From Desulfurococcaceae archaeon (GTDB lineage: Archaea > Thermoproteota > Thermoprotei_A > Sulfolobales > Desulfurococcaceae): a DNA stretch of 64,000 nt. Every line of letters begins with the position of its first letter. Within the stretch, counting starts at the first letter, position 1. The notes under the pieces are model-generated. The model ran no database searches. It had not been told where the DNA came from and worked only from the letters and a program-made list of their open reading frames with translations. A program made the translations under genes and the position numbers. This document shows, piece after piece, positions 9,165 to 19,191 of this stretch. The DNA lies in NCBI GenBank assembly GCA_038888155.1, contig JAWAJB010000002.1, positions 224,001 to 288,000 of the forward strand. Direction: 5' to 3'.

Positions 9165-10118
9165 ATGAGGTCCTTAGATGCAATTGGTTATGGAGATATA
9201 TGCGTAGATTATGTTATTAAAGTCAAACGTTTCCCAAATGTTGACGAAAAAGTCTACATGGTGGGGAGTAGCAAACATGGCGGTGGCGTAACTGCGAATT
9301 TTGCCGTGGGTATATCTAGGCTTGGAGCATTAACTGGATTCGTTGGGGGCATAGGCAAGGATGAAAATGGGCGCTTTTTGTTGGAACTACTTAAAAAAGA
9401 TAAAATAGACACCTCTTTCTTGAAAATTTATGATGATCGTGAAACTGCAGTAAACTTTATAATTCTAGAAGAGACTGGAGATAGAAGGATCATCATGGAT
9501 CCTCTTCTAAGAGAAAACGTCCCTCCACCAGAGGTATTTGGTCATGATCTTGAGATGTATTTAGGTCGCGCAAAAGTTCTTCACACTTCGGCCATTAAAC
9601 TACCCGCCGCTATTAATTTAAGTAAAGTGGCCAAGAAAAACAACGTGTTAATTTCATTTGACTTAGAGAAGCACATTATAGAGCAATTCTCTCCCGAAAT
9701 CGTTGTGGAAATGATAAAGTTAACTGATATATTGCTGCCGAATAAAATGGGGGCAATTGCATTAACAGGCGAGACTTCTCTCATTGATGCGGGCAAAAAA
9801 CTGTTATCCCTTGGACCAAAAGTAGTAATAATTACGCTGGGCGAAAGAGGTTGCCTAGCTCTCACAAAAGATAGGATAAGAATGATACCTGCCTTCAAAA
9901 TTAAGCCTGTTGATACAACAGGTGCCGGAGACGCGTTTAACGCAGGATTCATATATGGATATGTAATCAAGGGGATGGACATTGATGAGGCTACACAACT
10001 TGCTAATCTTGTAGCGGCTATTAAATGTACTAAACTGGGAGCTCAATCGGGCATGCCGCTAAGAAGTGAAGTTGAAAAGTTCATAGGGGAGTTAAAGTTG
10101 AAAATTTCTCTCAACTAG
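9165..10118 (+). CDS. PfkB/ribokinase-family carbohydrate kinase
   Basis: GGGVTANFAVGISRLG and VDTTGAGDAFNAG PfkB signatures. Confidence 0.93.
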   Translation: MRSLDAIGYGDICVDYVIKVKRFPNVDEKVYMVGSSKHGGGVTANFAVGISRLGALTGFVGGIGKDENGRFLLELLKKDKIDTSFLKIYDDRETAVNFIILEETGDRRIIMDPLLRENVPPPEVFGHDLEMYLGRAKVLHTSAIKLPAAINLSKVAKKNNVLISFDLEKHIIEQFSPEIVVEMIKLTDILLPNKMGAIALTGETSLIDAGKKLLSLGPKVVIITLGERGCLALTKDRIRMIPAFKIKPVDTTGAGDAFNAGFIYGYVIKGMDIDEATQLANLVAAIKCTKLGAQSGMPLRSEVEKFIGELKLKISLN

Positions 10119-10250
10119 CTTCTATAGGTTACCGTCTACATGCCTACAAAAATTTCTAAGCCTAGAAAATTTCCCCAAAGAAAAGTGGCAAATTGACAAG
10201 TATGAAAAACTTTAATAAAAATAGTATGCCTTTAAACTCTCTATATCTAG

Positions 10251-11489
10251 CTATTTTGATAAAAGTATCTTTTTCGACAACATATAATATATCTTAGCCA
10301 TTTTTTCAAACTCCTCAACGGCTAGAAACTCGTCGGTACTGTGTGCCGGATCTGGCGGTCCAGGACCATATGTGATTGTATGTATACCACACTCAGTGTA
10401 ATAATGCATATCAAGACCGGCTGCACATACTATCTTCCTGGGCACTTTCCCCAGAATTTCCAGTGCCGTTATTGCTGCTAGATGTACCAACTCAGATTCT
10501 GGGTTGGTAATCGCCGGTGGCATTTTACCAACTATTTTGACCCCTACACTAACGTTGTTGAGCTTTGAGGCTATTCTTTCTATGAACTCTACGACTTCTC
10601 TTTCTACTTCCTCAAGTCTCTCCTCCACTAAAATTCTTCGATCTATTGTGAATGAACAATATCCTGGGACGACATTTATTTTAACACCGCATTTTACTTC
10701 ACCTCCCAGTGTAATGCCAGCTTTTGCTGCTCGAGGATCTTCGTATTCATATATGGTCTTTTTGAGCTCTAAAACTCCAGCATAATCTCTTAAGAGTCGA
10801 TACGCTATTTCTACAACATATTCAAATGCGTTTACACCTAGCCAGGGCCTCGAAGCATGAGATTGCCTGCCATGCACTTCAACTAAAAACCACAATACCC
10901 CTCTGTGCCCTATTCTTATTGTATCAGATCCGCTTGGCTCTCCAATGATAACGTAATTCGGCCTCGTTAGGCCCTGTTTAACAAGGTACCCTGTCCCAGT
11001 TTCCCCTCCAGTTTCCTCGTCTGGGACTAGTGCTACTTCAATTGTGCCCTTTAGGGGCAGACGGGACTCCACTAGCGCTTTGGCCGCTGCAAGGAAAGCT
11101 GCTATTCCTCCCTTCATATCGCATGTTCCGCGCCCGTAGATCTTTCCCCCCTCTATGGTGGGCTCAAACGGCTTTTTGCTCCACCCGAAGCCAGGGGGGA
11201 CGACATCGTAGTGGCCATTAAAGTGGAGCACTGGCTCCCCAGATCCATATCTCCCGAGAACTATGTACCTCGGGTAGTTCGCGTACTCGGGCCTGTGCTT
11301 GGCGACGTATTCCCTGGGGACCTCGATGAGATCAACGTTAAACCCAATTGACTTTAACACCTCGCTAGCTAGAGCAGAGAACTCCCTGTAGTTCTCGCCC
11401 GGCGGGTTAACTGTTGGTATAGAGACCATATCTTTAAGGAGACTTAGACCCCATGGGAGCTCTTTTTCGACAAGCTCAAGCTGATTCAA
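10251..11489 (-). CDS. M20 metallopeptidase, ArgE/DapE family (paralog A)
   Basis: HFNGHYDVVP, GRGTCDMKGG, PDEETGG, GEP and AHSTDE motifs. Confidence 0.93.
   Translation of the reverse strand: MNQLELVEKELPWGLSLLKDMVSIPTVNPPGENYREFSALASEVLKSIGFNVDLIEVPREYVAKHRPEYANYPRYIVLGRYGSGEPVLHFNGHYDVVPPGFGWSKKPFEPTIEGGKIYGRGTCDMKGGIAAFLAAAKALVESRLPLKGTIEVALVPDEETGGETGTGYLVKQGLTRPNYVIIGEPSGSDTIRIGHRGVLWFLVEVHGRQSHASRPWLGVNAFEYVVEIAYRLLRDYAGVLELKKTIYEYEDPRAAKAGITLGGEVKCGVKINVVPGYCSFTIDRRILVEERLEEVEREVVEFIERIASKLNNVSVGVKIVGKMPPAITNPESELVHLAAITALEILGKVPRKIVCAAGLDMHYYTECGIHTITYGPGPPDPAHSTDEFLAVEEFEKMAKIYYMLSKKILLSK
10927..11453. repeat. 527-bp direct repeat, copy 1 (5' part of M20 paralog A)
   Basis: Appears identical to 18372-18898 on manual comparison; both copies also give the same 63-aa antisense ORF in the track. 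Confidence 0.95.
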
Positions 11490-11570
11490 ATGCTCACCAT
11501 TTTACTCTATACGAGAACATTTTAAAAACTTGTCAACCCTTGAATCTAATCGTTGAGAGCTAAAGCCGTG

Positions 11571-13274
11571 CTAGTATATGTATTTATACCCAAGGGCTTT
11601 GGCCTTTGATGCCCACGAAGGGACTGGGGGTATTAGCTTGTCCTCGGGCTGAACCGGTACATCTATTAGTGTTGGTCCCTGAATTTTGATCGCTTCCTTT
11701 ATTTTATACTCAAGATCTTCTGGGCTCACTCGAAGTCCTACAAGTCCAAATCCTTCTGCTATCTTGACGTAATCAATCGGTTTAAAGTCCGTAGCGAAGT
11801 ATCTAGGTCCATAATGCATAAGAATTGACGCTCTTATCCAGCCAAAGCTCTGATTGTTGAAGAGGATTATTTTAACATTTGGCTGGAGCCTCGAAAGCGT
11901 CTCTAATTCGCCTGCTGTGAATCCGAAGCTACCATCACCAGCTAGCGCAAAAACTGTGTTGTTTGGATTTGCATAATATGCTCCTATTGCAGCTGGTATA
12001 GAGTAGCCGAGAGCACCAATCGAGTAATTAAATAGTATCCTTCTGCCCCCCTCACGTACTTTAAAGTACGTAGACGTATAAATAGCTCCAACCCCTGGAT
12101 CACAAGCAATGATATAGTTCTTTGGTATAATTCTTTCGAATACTTTTATAAATTGAAGCGGGTTAACATAATCTCTTCCTTCTGTTTGAGCGATGGAAAT
12201 TATCGAATCATACTCGCTTCTTTTTGCCTTAATGTAGTCCACCCACGCTGAGGTGCCCTTAATAGCCTTAGCTCTCACAGTGTCGATAATCTCCTGAAGC
12301 GTACTTTTCGCATCCCCAATGAGCTCTAAATCTGTTCTTAGGTGATTTCCTACTTCGGCCTCGCTTATGTCCAAGTGGATTACTTTTGTTCCAGGCTTAG
12401 GCATTGTCCAGTTATCTGTTGCAACTTGGTCAACATTACATCCTATGAAGAATACGAGGTCGGCATTTGATAAAATATCATTTGAGAAGGAAGTACCTCC
12501 TCTCGAACCAATAACGCCAACTGAGAGCGGGTGGGATTCGGGAAAACAGCCCTTGCCTGCAATAGTGCTTGCTACTGGTATTCGAAGAATTTCAGCTAAC
12601 TCTAAAATTTCGTTCCATGCTTGAGAGTAGAGCGCTCCCTGACCGCAGACAATTAAGGGTCGCTCCGAATTAAGCAGTAACTCTACGGCTTTAGTGACAT
12701 ATTCTCTCGTAGGTGTTATTCTATGTCCTGGGTACTTAGAGAACTCTTTTTGTATAAACAAGTCTGTTTTTCCTACCTCTTCCTCAAGGACATTAACCGG
12801 GATCCTAATATGTACCGGTCCAGGTCTGCCGGTTGTTGTAAGCCTAAATGCCCTTCTAAAAATTAAGGGAATGTCTTCTCCTCGATAAATGGTAAGGGAC
12901 TCTTTCACAAAGTTAATGAAAAGTGACGTTTGATCAAAAGCAGTTAAAGCGTTTTTCTTCTCTAAATGAAGTGGCATATCCGTGGTTATATAAATTACGG
13001 GGGTTGCAGATTTATGTGCCTCTACGACAGAGGGGAGTACGTGTGCTGCCCCTGAGCTCGGACTTTCGCATATTCCTGGTTTATAACTTACCTTACTGTA
13101 TCCATCTGCTGCAAAACAGGCGTTTCTCTCATCCCTCAGCATAACATGTTTTACTGCGTCTCCAACTTCCAACCATTCATTATAGAGTGGAATAGTTGTT
13201 TCGCCCGGCAGTCCGAATACGTGCTTAACATTGTATCCTATAAGAGTTTCTAAGAGGACTCTTGCCGCTTTCAT
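11571..13274 (-). CDS. Thiamine-diphosphate-dependent enzyme (acetolactate synthase large-subunit-like)
   Basis: VFGLPGE, RDERNA.FAADGY, GRPGPVHI and the ThDP-binding motif GDGSFG...NN. Confidence 0.9.
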   Translation of the reverse strand: MKAARVLLETLIGYNVKHVFGLPGETTIPLYNEWLEVGDAVKHVMLRDERNACFAADGYSKVSYKPGICESPSSGAAHVLPSVVEAHKSATPVIYITTDMPLHLEKKNALTAFDQTSLFINFVKESLTIYRGEDIPLIFRRAFRLTTTGRPGPVHIRIPVNVLEEEVGKTDLFIQKEFSKYPGHRITPTREYVTKAVELLLNSERPLIVCGQGALYSQAWNEILELAEILRIPVASTIAGKGCFPESHPLSVGVIGSRGGTSFSNDILSNADLVFFIGCNVDQVATDNWTMPKPGTKVIHLDISEAEVGNHLRTDLELIGDAKSTLQEIIDTVRAKAIKGTSAWVDYIKAKRSEYDSIISIAQTEGRDYVNPLQFIKVFERIIPKNYIIACDPGVGAIYTSTYFKVREGGRRILFNYSIGALGYSIPAAIGAYYANPNNTVFALAGDGSFGFTAGELETLSRLQPNVKIILFNNQSFGWIRASILMHYGPRYFATDFKPIDYVKIAEGFGLVGLRVSPEDLEYKIKEAIKIQGPTLIDVPVQPEDKLIPPVPSWASKAKALGYKYIY

Positions 13275-13358
13275 TATGTTTCACCGTGGATAGGCCATTA
13301 ATTAAAACAACAGGATAATATTTAAAGATAAAAAATATCATTTGGTCAAAAATCTAGT

Positions 13359-13760
13359 TCAGGATGAAATTATTAGTTCCTCCCCTAAATGTAAGCCAAT
13401 TTCCCCGCCCGTCTTTGGCTCCTTTGTATAGCAAATTATATTCATGTGGTTCGGCATATGAGTTTCGTCAAAGCCGGCAATCGAGCACAGGGGTTCTTTC
13501 CTTAAAAACAAAATATCTCCTACCGCAACAATGCCACCTTTAGTAACCTCAAAAAAGCATAAATATACAGCGCCTTTGACACTAGAGCCAGGCTTCGCAT
13601 CAGGATTGGATGTTAAAATAAGCTCGTGGATCTCCCCTGACTTCACTGCGCGAGTATGGGGAGTTATAAGTTTTAACTCACGATCAGGTAGTCGGAGATC
13701 CATTACAGCAATTACTGTGCCGCTCACTGATCTCTTTGCAAGAAATATATCTTTTCCCAT
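13359..13760 (-). CDS. Conserved hypothetical protein (DUF6917-like)
   Basis: Motifs GEIHELI, YL.FFEV..GG..AVGD and GFDETHMPNHMNI. ATG at 13760 preferred over GTG at 13883. Family name recalled from memory. Confidence 0.6.
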   Translation of the reverse strand: MGKDIFLAKRSVSGTVIAVMDLRLPDRELKLITPHTRAVKSGEIHELILTSNPDAKPGSSVKGAVYLCFFEVTKGGIVAVGDILFLRKEPLCSIAGFDETHMPNHMNIICYTKEPKTGGEIGLHLGEELIISS

Positions 13761-14069
13761 GATTGAAAATCGCGCATATGGTTCTGCGGACAAATTACAC
13801 ACCCATTTCGAATGTATTGTTTTGTAGATATTAAGAGCAAAAACGGAACATTGTCCATAAAACTCAGTAATATTAAACTTCACAAATAGGTTTACACATT
13901 TATTTGGGCTATTATTTACATCTAACTTGAAGAAGCATGCTCAAATTTATGTAGATTTAATTATCATTTAAGATCTCTCGTACTTTTCGTGGCAGACATT
14001 CGTATGAGTAACAGATAACTGATAAACTCATTCAAAACATTAACTTCTTAGTAGAAGCAATTTAGCTGC

Positions 14070-15350
14070 TTAAGCGAAGTCGCTATATTCAGCGTACTTT
14101 AATCCAAGCACGTTGGCCACATCCTTTAACTCTTCGCGGACGTCCATGGGCACAATTACATGATGATTTGTCACCGCTATATTGGGTAGCTTCTCTACGT
14201 TAAAATCTACTTCTAGTATACTTTGGGTTCTACACAGAGCGGGGTGCATCAAACCGCTCTCCATAATGTACCCTTTGGCCACAAGCATTAAATTGCGCTT
14301 GAGACTTAGTGAAATGGCAGTGTAAGGACCTTTCCTCAATTTGCCTGTTAACGAGTAGGGACATCCCGATTCGAAGTGTGAAACAATAGTTAACTCTTCG
14401 CCTAAACTTAGCGGAACTGTGCAGTGAGCGAAGTGTATTTTATTATCGTTTAGCGATGATGTATTTGCAATCCAACCTGTAGTCCCTACCAAGGACTTTG
14501 AAATCATCATAGTAGCCAATGAGGAGAGATCGCCCTCGCAGGCTGTGGCGATTCCTATGCTATTTAGTAAGGCTACTGATAAACAGGGAGTTATTTGGCG
14601 CGTCTCCAAGTACGGGAAACAATCAATTGCTATGCCACCATAATTACCTGACTCAGTCACGTGTCTGAGGACAGAGTACAATTTTGCGACTTCAATCAAC
14701 CTGTCTTTTGGGAGACTGCACTTTATTTTATTTAAGGCGCACATGAAATGATCTGCATAGGACCCTCCATCGCTTTCGCTTTCTATCTCATTTATGAGGC
14801 TTTCGATAGTGTATGTTTCTACAGTAGCTTCAAATAACCTCTCAAATTCTTTAACTGCATCTTGTTTGCTATTGTTTGAACAGATCAAAAGAACTCTTGT
14901 CCCCAGTACTGAAGATACTGCTTGAATTACTCTTATCATTCGATCCAACGTTGGAGTGCATCTAGGAGAATTAAGGCTACTGCAATAGTATACACCAAGC
15001 GATACGTTCTCAAGTTCGAGGTTAGCCCTAGCAGAAATAGCTGACGCCAAACTGTTGTGCTCGCCGTGGGACAGTAAAATAGCCTTATTGTAACCGGATG
15101 ATATCACGAACTTTTGAATGAGCTTACTAACGCCGCCAGTTAGAGCGACAATTAATGGAATAGCGTCAAGGCGCTTTTCTGTTATCTCTTGTATATCTTT
15201 TTGGTTTGTGACAACTGGCAAATAGGTTAAATTGAGGCCGCTTTTCTCCAAGTATTTCTTCAGTCCATTATAAATCTCCCAATAATATGACTCGCCATGA
15301 ATTCTTGAAGCAAAGGGAGCGACCAACACCTTTTTCAAGAGCGACACCAC
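14070..15350 (-). CDS. L-fucose/L-arabinose isomerase-like protein
   Basis: IDCFP, ACEGD, FAHCT, HFES, CRTQ and NHHV motifs. Confidence 0.8.
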   Translation of the reverse strand: MVSLLKKVLVAPFASRIHGESYYWEIYNGLKKYLEKSGLNLTYLPVVTNQKDIQEITEKRLDAIPLIVALTGGVSKLIQKFVISSGYNKAILLSHGEHNSLASAISARANLELENVSLGVYYCSSLNSPRCTPTLDRMIRVIQAVSSVLGTRVLLICSNNSKQDAVKEFERLFEATVETYTIESLINEIESESDGGSYADHFMCALNKIKCSLPKDRLIEVAKLYSVLRHVTESGNYGGIAIDCFPYLETRQITPCLSVALLNSIGIATACEGDLSSLATMMISKSLVGTTGWIANTSSLNDNKIHFAHCTVPLSLGEELTIVSHFESGCPYSLTGKLRKGPYTAISLSLKRNLMLVAKGYIMESGLMHPALCRTQSILEVDFNVEKLPNIAVTNHHVIVPMDVREELKDVANVLGLKYAEYSDFA

Positions 15351-15721
15351 AATTATTAAATTTCATTACCCTCCGACTTTAAATAAGGTTAATGCCGTTA
15401 AGAGCTCTTGAAAAATTTTATACATCAAGGAGCTATGCATTTTTCATTAAATTAATATGTGCAAAGTGGCGTGGTTTAGGGAGAATAATTTCTCGTAGCT
15501 TGATGCCATTTCAGCAATCCGACAACAAGCCCTTAGGGTGAGTTTAATGCGGGATTTAAACGTTCACGTTTTCTTATCGTAAATGGAGTGTTCGGATCGA
15601 GAGCTTATCAAAGTTAACCTCGAGCATCTAAATAACTGTTAAAGAGAGCGTGAAGATTAGAGCGAAAATAAATATTTCTCCTTATTAATGTTTATTTCGC
15701 TTAATTTAGATAGGTGATTGA

Positions 15722-16225
15722 TTGAGGAAAATAAAATTGAATGGAACGATAATTCTCCTTTCATTAGCAATTGCAACCTTTGCTCTGTACTTTGGAAATT
15801 TCCTCGAAACAAACGAGAACAGCCTCTCAGAACGTCAAAAGTATCTAGACATGACTATTGACATAGAGAATAAAACTGGAGAAATTAGTTTTAGCTTAGG
15901 CCCTGTTCAATTAACCAAAGGAAACTTAATCATCAGACCTAAAATTACAGGCTATTATGGGAATTTAACTATAGCACTAAACGGAGCTGTTTTATTGACC
16001 TCTACTTCAAACTCCTATAGAATCAACATGCCCTGCTTATTTAGTTCGAGTGAACCGTGCTATAGAGTGATGATGTTGATCCCCGGCTACGACATTCCAT
16101 TGGGGGTTGAGGAGGGAGTTTACAATTTGTCTATAATACTAAGTTGGAAGGCCATGGGGACTGGGCGACTTTACTTAAGAATTTTAATAGAACATAATGG
16201 ATTAACTGCTGTAGATAGGCGGTAG
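15722..16225 (+). CDS. Hypothetical N-terminally anchored or secreted protein
   Basis: Hydrophobic N-terminus, beta-rich body, C.....PCYR..M.IPGYD motif; GGTGA RBS. Confidence 0.65.
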   Translation: MRKIKLNGTIILLSLAIATFALYFGNFLETNENSLSERQKYLDMTIDIENKTGEISFSLGPVQLTKGNLIIRPKITGYYGNLTIALNGAVLLTSTSNSYRINMPCLFSSSEPCYRVMMLIPGYDIPLGVEEGVYNLSIILSWKAMGTGRLYLRILIEHNGLTAVDRR

Positions 16226-16331
16226 AGCGATAACGCTATTTTGCTAAAATGTAACAAGGCCGAGAGATTTTAAAAGACCCGCATGTACACTCTACATCGA
16301 CATTAACATGAAGTTTGTGTTTTGACGACAG

Positions 16332-17507
16332 TCACAATAAATTACGTTGAATTATAATTTTAAGGTATAGCATTAGAGATAACAAATTTGTGATAAGCGT
16401 GTATAGTAGTACATATAGAGTTGAACTGAACAAGTTGCTGTATATATAGCCGCCAACGGCCCACATAACTCCATATATTAAACCAAATAGTCCGTAGCCA
16501 AAAGGTCTTTTAGAGGGCTCTAATATACTTGCTAATGCTGCCCTCATAACACTCTCTTCGTAGCATGCAATAATGCCCCACGGAATGACACATAGAATTG
16601 TTAGCTCCCGCGGAGCAAATAAAATTAGCGAAATAAATGTGAGCGAGAGTATTGGCGGAATAATAAAGGTTTTAACACCCACTTTATCAAATAAGTACCC
16701 CAGCGGAACGGCAACCAAAGCGTCCACTATCATGGCGATCGCGTATCCTAGTCCAATCTCGTAATCGCTTAAGGCACCAGTAGATTTCAAATAGTAAGAG
16801 GCAATTGTCCAGTGCATGAAGCCCAAAGCGAAAAAGCTAGATGCAATTATGTATAGCTTGAAGTCTCGGCCTATCGCGTGGAATAACTTACCATTTTCAC
16901 CTTCTGTAGTGCTCATACTTCGAAGTTGGGGATATAAGATATAAGAGAATAAAACAAGTCCGACAGCAATAATGCCGGGAATTGCCAATGTAAGGAAACC
17001 TGCCCTATAACCCCAGTTTGTTAGTACGAATACGATTACCAATGGACCTATGAACGCACCAAGCTGATCTAGTAGTTCGTGAATTCCGAACCCTTTTCCG
17101 AGCCCAATATTACTTGATACTTCTGCAACTACTACATCACGAGATGGGGCCCTTAGACCTTTACCTACTCTGTCAAGAACGTATAGCATAGTTGCAATGC
17201 TCCACGATGATACGACCCCAAGCAGGGGTATACTAAATGCCGTAATACAGTAACCCAGTATAGTAAAGCTCCATATAACCTTAGACGAACCAAACAAAGT
17301 AGCTATAAGACCTGATATGAACCTTAAAGCATAGCCTATGAATTCGCCAAAACCGACTAAAGCCGGTCCCACAGGGGGCGATCCAAGCTCCTTTAAATAT
17401 GCTCCACTAATTGATCTACCCCCCTCATAAACAATATCGGCGAAAAGTGAAACGAGCCCCAACAAATAAAAAACGAACCTTGCCCGTTTCAGTGCTCTGT
17501 TTTCCAT
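16332..17507 (-). CDS. MFS transporter
   Basis: About 12 TM segments, DRVGKGLRAPSRD and GFGIHELLDQLGA motifs; GGGTGA RBS before ATG 17507. Confidence 0.9.
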   Translation of the reverse strand: MENRALKRARFVFYLLGLVSLFADIVYEGGRSISGAYLKELGSPPVGPALVGFGEFIGYALRFISGLIATLFGSSKVIWSFTILGYCITAFSIPLLGVVSSWSIATMLYVLDRVGKGLRAPSRDVVVAEVSSNIGLGKGFGIHELLDQLGAFIGPLVIVFVLTNWGYRAGFLTLAIPGIIAVGLVLFSYILYPQLRSMSTTEGENGKLFHAIGRDFKLYIIASSFFALGFMHWTIASYYLKSTGALSDYEIGLGYAIAMIVDALVAVPLGYLFDKVGVKTFIIPPILSLTFISLILFAPRELTILCVIPWGIIACYEESVMRAALASILEPSKRPFGYGLFGLIYGVMWAVGGYIYSNLFSSTLYVLLYTLITNLLSLMLYLKIIIQRNLL

Positions 17508-17692
17508 CGAACTCACCCAAAGTTGTATTTATTGAATTTTATTTAACTGGCATTTGTATGTTTTTTCACATTAATAAAGTCTTCATCTAATTAAACACGG
17601 ACATACGTCAACGAAGGGAGTCGCCTCTGAAAAGTTTAGCTGTACTTCTAAATAATGTGGCATTGTAATGTCGTCTAAAAAAGTAACGTGTT

Positions 17693-18940
17693 TCACATTT
17701 GGGGACATATTACCTTGCGCAAGATAAGATAGTAAATTTTGGTAATTTTCTCGAATTCCTCTATTGTTAAAAACTCATCCGCACTGTGGGCAGTACCAAG
17801 TAGCCCCGGACCGTAAGTAATTGTTTCGATACCAATTTCCGTGTAATAGCGCATATCTAGGCCTCCCATGCACACAGTTGTCCTGGGCCTAAATCCTAAT
17901 ACTTCTTTTGTTAGTTCTATAGCCAAATTAACTAGAGTAGAGTTGGGGGTCGTAATAGCAGGTTTGAATTTACCTGTTATTTTGACGTTAACATCTATCT
18001 CTTTGTACTCTCTTGATACTTTTTCCACGATATCTACAATCTCCTTTTCAACGTCCTCAAGTCTCTCCTCGGGAATAACTCTACGATCTAATGAAAACGC
18101 GCAATAGCCGGGGACCACATTTGACTTTGCTCCGCCACGAATTTCGCCTCCCATCATCGCTGTTGGTCTCGCTCCGCGAGGATCGTCGTATTCATACTTG
18201 CTTTTCCTGTTCTCCAATATAGGTAAATACTCCGCAATCAACCTGTTAGCTATTTTAACCATATACTCAAATGCATTTACCCCAAGCCATGGAGCTGAGC
18301 CGTGAGCCTGCTTTCCGTGAAACTCGATTAGACACCCAATTCCACCTTTATGTCCTATCCATATTACACTGGATCCGCTTGGCTCTCCAATGATAACGTA
18401 ATTCGGCCTCGTTAGGCCCTGTTTAACAAGGTACCCTGTCCCAGTTTCCCCTCCAGTTTCCTCGTCTGGGACTAGTGCTACTTCAATTGTGCCCTTTAGG
18501 GGCAGACGGGACTCCACTAGCGCTTTGGCCGCTGCAAGGAAAGCTGCTATTCCTCCCTTCATATCGCATGTTCCGCGCCCGTAGATCTTTCCCCCCTCTA
18601 TGGTGGGCTCAAACGGCTTTTTGCTCCACCCGAAGCCAGGGGGGACGACATCGTAGTGGCCATTAAAGTGGAGCACTGGCTCCCCAGATCCATATCTCCC
18701 GAGAACTATGTACCTCGGGTAGTTCGCGTACTCGGGCCTGTGCTTGGCGACGTATTCCCTGGGGACCTCGATGAGATCAACGTTAAACCCAATTGACTTT
18801 AACACCTCGCTAGCTAGAGCAGAGAACTCCCTGTAGTTCTCGCCCGGCGGGTTAACTGTTGGTATAGAGACCATATCTTTAAGGAGACTTAGACCCCAAC
18901 TAATATACTCTTCTATTTTACTTAAACTCACTTCCCTCAC
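17693..18940 (-). CDS. M20 metallopeptidase, ArgE/DapE family (paralog B)
   Basis: Same metal-binding motifs as paralog A; C-terminal half diverged (GKQAHGSAPWLGVNAFE, AHSADE). Confidence 0.93.
   Translation of the reverse strand: MREVSLSKIEEYISWGLSLLKDMVSIPTVNPPGENYREFSALASEVLKSIGFNVDLIEVPREYVAKHRPEYANYPRYIVLGRYGSGEPVLHFNGHYDVVPPGFGWSKKPFEPTIEGGKIYGRGTCDMKGGIAAFLAAAKALVESRLPLKGTIEVALVPDEETGGETGTGYLVKQGLTRPNYVIIGEPSGSSVIWIGHKGGIGCLIEFHGKQAHGSAPWLGVNAFEYMVKIANRLIAEYLPILENRKSKYEYDDPRGARPTAMMGGEIRGGAKSNVVPGYCAFSLDRRVIPEERLEDVEKEIVDIVEKVSREYKEIDVNVKITGKFKPAITTPNSTLVNLAIELTKEVLGFRPRTTVCMGGLDMRYYTEIGIETITYGPGLLGTAHSADEFLTIEEFEKITKIYYLILRKVICPQM
18372..18898. repeat. 527-bp direct repeat, copy 2 (5' part of M20 paralog B)
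   Basis: Matches 10927-11453. Confidence 0.95.
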
Positions 18941-19191
18941 ACCGATTTGGAGGAATTTTATACTTAGGTTAATTAATTTACTTGCAAATGATTATATCCA
19001 GAAGAGAAAAAATGTCAGACTCAAGCGATTTTACTCTTTAGCTGAACTGCGATGACGTTGAATTTCTATTCAAGGTCGGACTTTAAGCGGACTCAGACTC
19101 TATTAAAACCTGTAGCATTTCCCCTAGCTATCCAAATTATACTTATTTGCCTTGTAAGTTAAAGGCTTATAGCAGCACATACTAAATTGAA

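Noticed and set aside
11030-11221. Identical 63-aa plus-strand ORFs at 11030 and 18475
   Set aside because: Antisense shadows of the duplicated M20 tract, not genes.
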